A model generated the notes under the pieces. That model made no database searches. It worked only from the letters and a program-made list of their open reading frames with translations, and had not been told where the DNA came from. From an uncultured delta proteobacterium (GTDB taxonomy: Bacteria; Desulfobacterota; Binatia; Bin18), in NCBI GenBank assembly GCA_963733195.1, contig CAVTCR010000083.1:1-52738 (forward strand): 52,738 nucleotides of DNA, read 5' to 3'. The position numbers and the translations under genes are program-made. This document shows, piece by piece, positions 52,507-52,738 of this stretch. Positions within the stretch are counted from its first letter, which is position 1. Each line of letters begins with the position of its first letter.

Positions 52507-52738
52507 GCCTCTGCCTTCCTACGCAACAAATCCATGGTGTAGAGTCGCCCAGGGCTAAAATCCTTCGCCCATTCTTGGAGTGAGTCTCGATCTGCTGGTC
52601 GGGTAAAAGTCGGCTCGCCGTTCACCCGATCAACCAACACAATGTGTGACAGATCAAGTAGATCGAGCAGGTAAGGCGAATGTGTAGTCAGGATGACCTG
52701 AGTACGACCAGATTCAACAGCATTGCGGATCTCGTCCA
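52503..52738 (-). CDS. AAA/ABC-type ATPase, 3' end only (runs off the window)
   Basis: Minus-strand translation ...TQVILTTHSPYLLDLL...PGRLYTM...*. Confidence 0.8.
   Translation of the reverse strand, partial: DEIRNAVESGRTQVILTTHSPYLLDLLDLSHIVLVDRVNGEPTFTRPADRDSLQEWAKDFSPGRLYTMDLLRRKAEA

Noticed and set aside
1-52738. Numerous frameshifts as real pseudogenes or programmed frameshifting
   Set aside because: They also hit housekeeping genes (korA, uvrA, gcvPB, alaX) and cluster locally, as expected for uncorrected long-read indels. No slippery-site pattern is evident.

Overview
Bacterial chromosomal window with many single-base frameshifts, most consistent with long-read indel errors. Gene content (several LLM oxidoreductases, amidohydrolase, SCP2, sppA, isc, gcv) resembles Binatia/deltaproteobacteria-like MAGs, which is an inference. 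Housekeeping blocks are korAB, sppA, iscA-hscB-hscA-iscX, uvrA, gcvT-H-PA-PB, folD and ald. Accessory patches: (i) an integron attC with a DUF4160/DUF2442 cassette and a MazF-type TA pair (3.7-5.1 kb); (ii) a wHTH-cyclase-AAA-TPR regulator divergent from a small protein and two secreted vanadium-haloperoxidase-like genes, with a complete group II intron between them (17.9-27.6 kb); (iii) a paralogous wHTH-AAA-TPR regulator divergent from four exported Cys-containing proteins (40.7-47.5 kb); (iv) TA remnants and an AAA/DUF4276 pair at the right end. Best candidate for an undescribed system: a repeated module of STAND-type wHTH regulator + its own 11-bp-period operator array + divergent cassette of secreted proteins. 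The window also has GTAG-type REPs, a MITE family with interchangeable cargo, and 7/8-mer tandem repeats, some inside protein loops.
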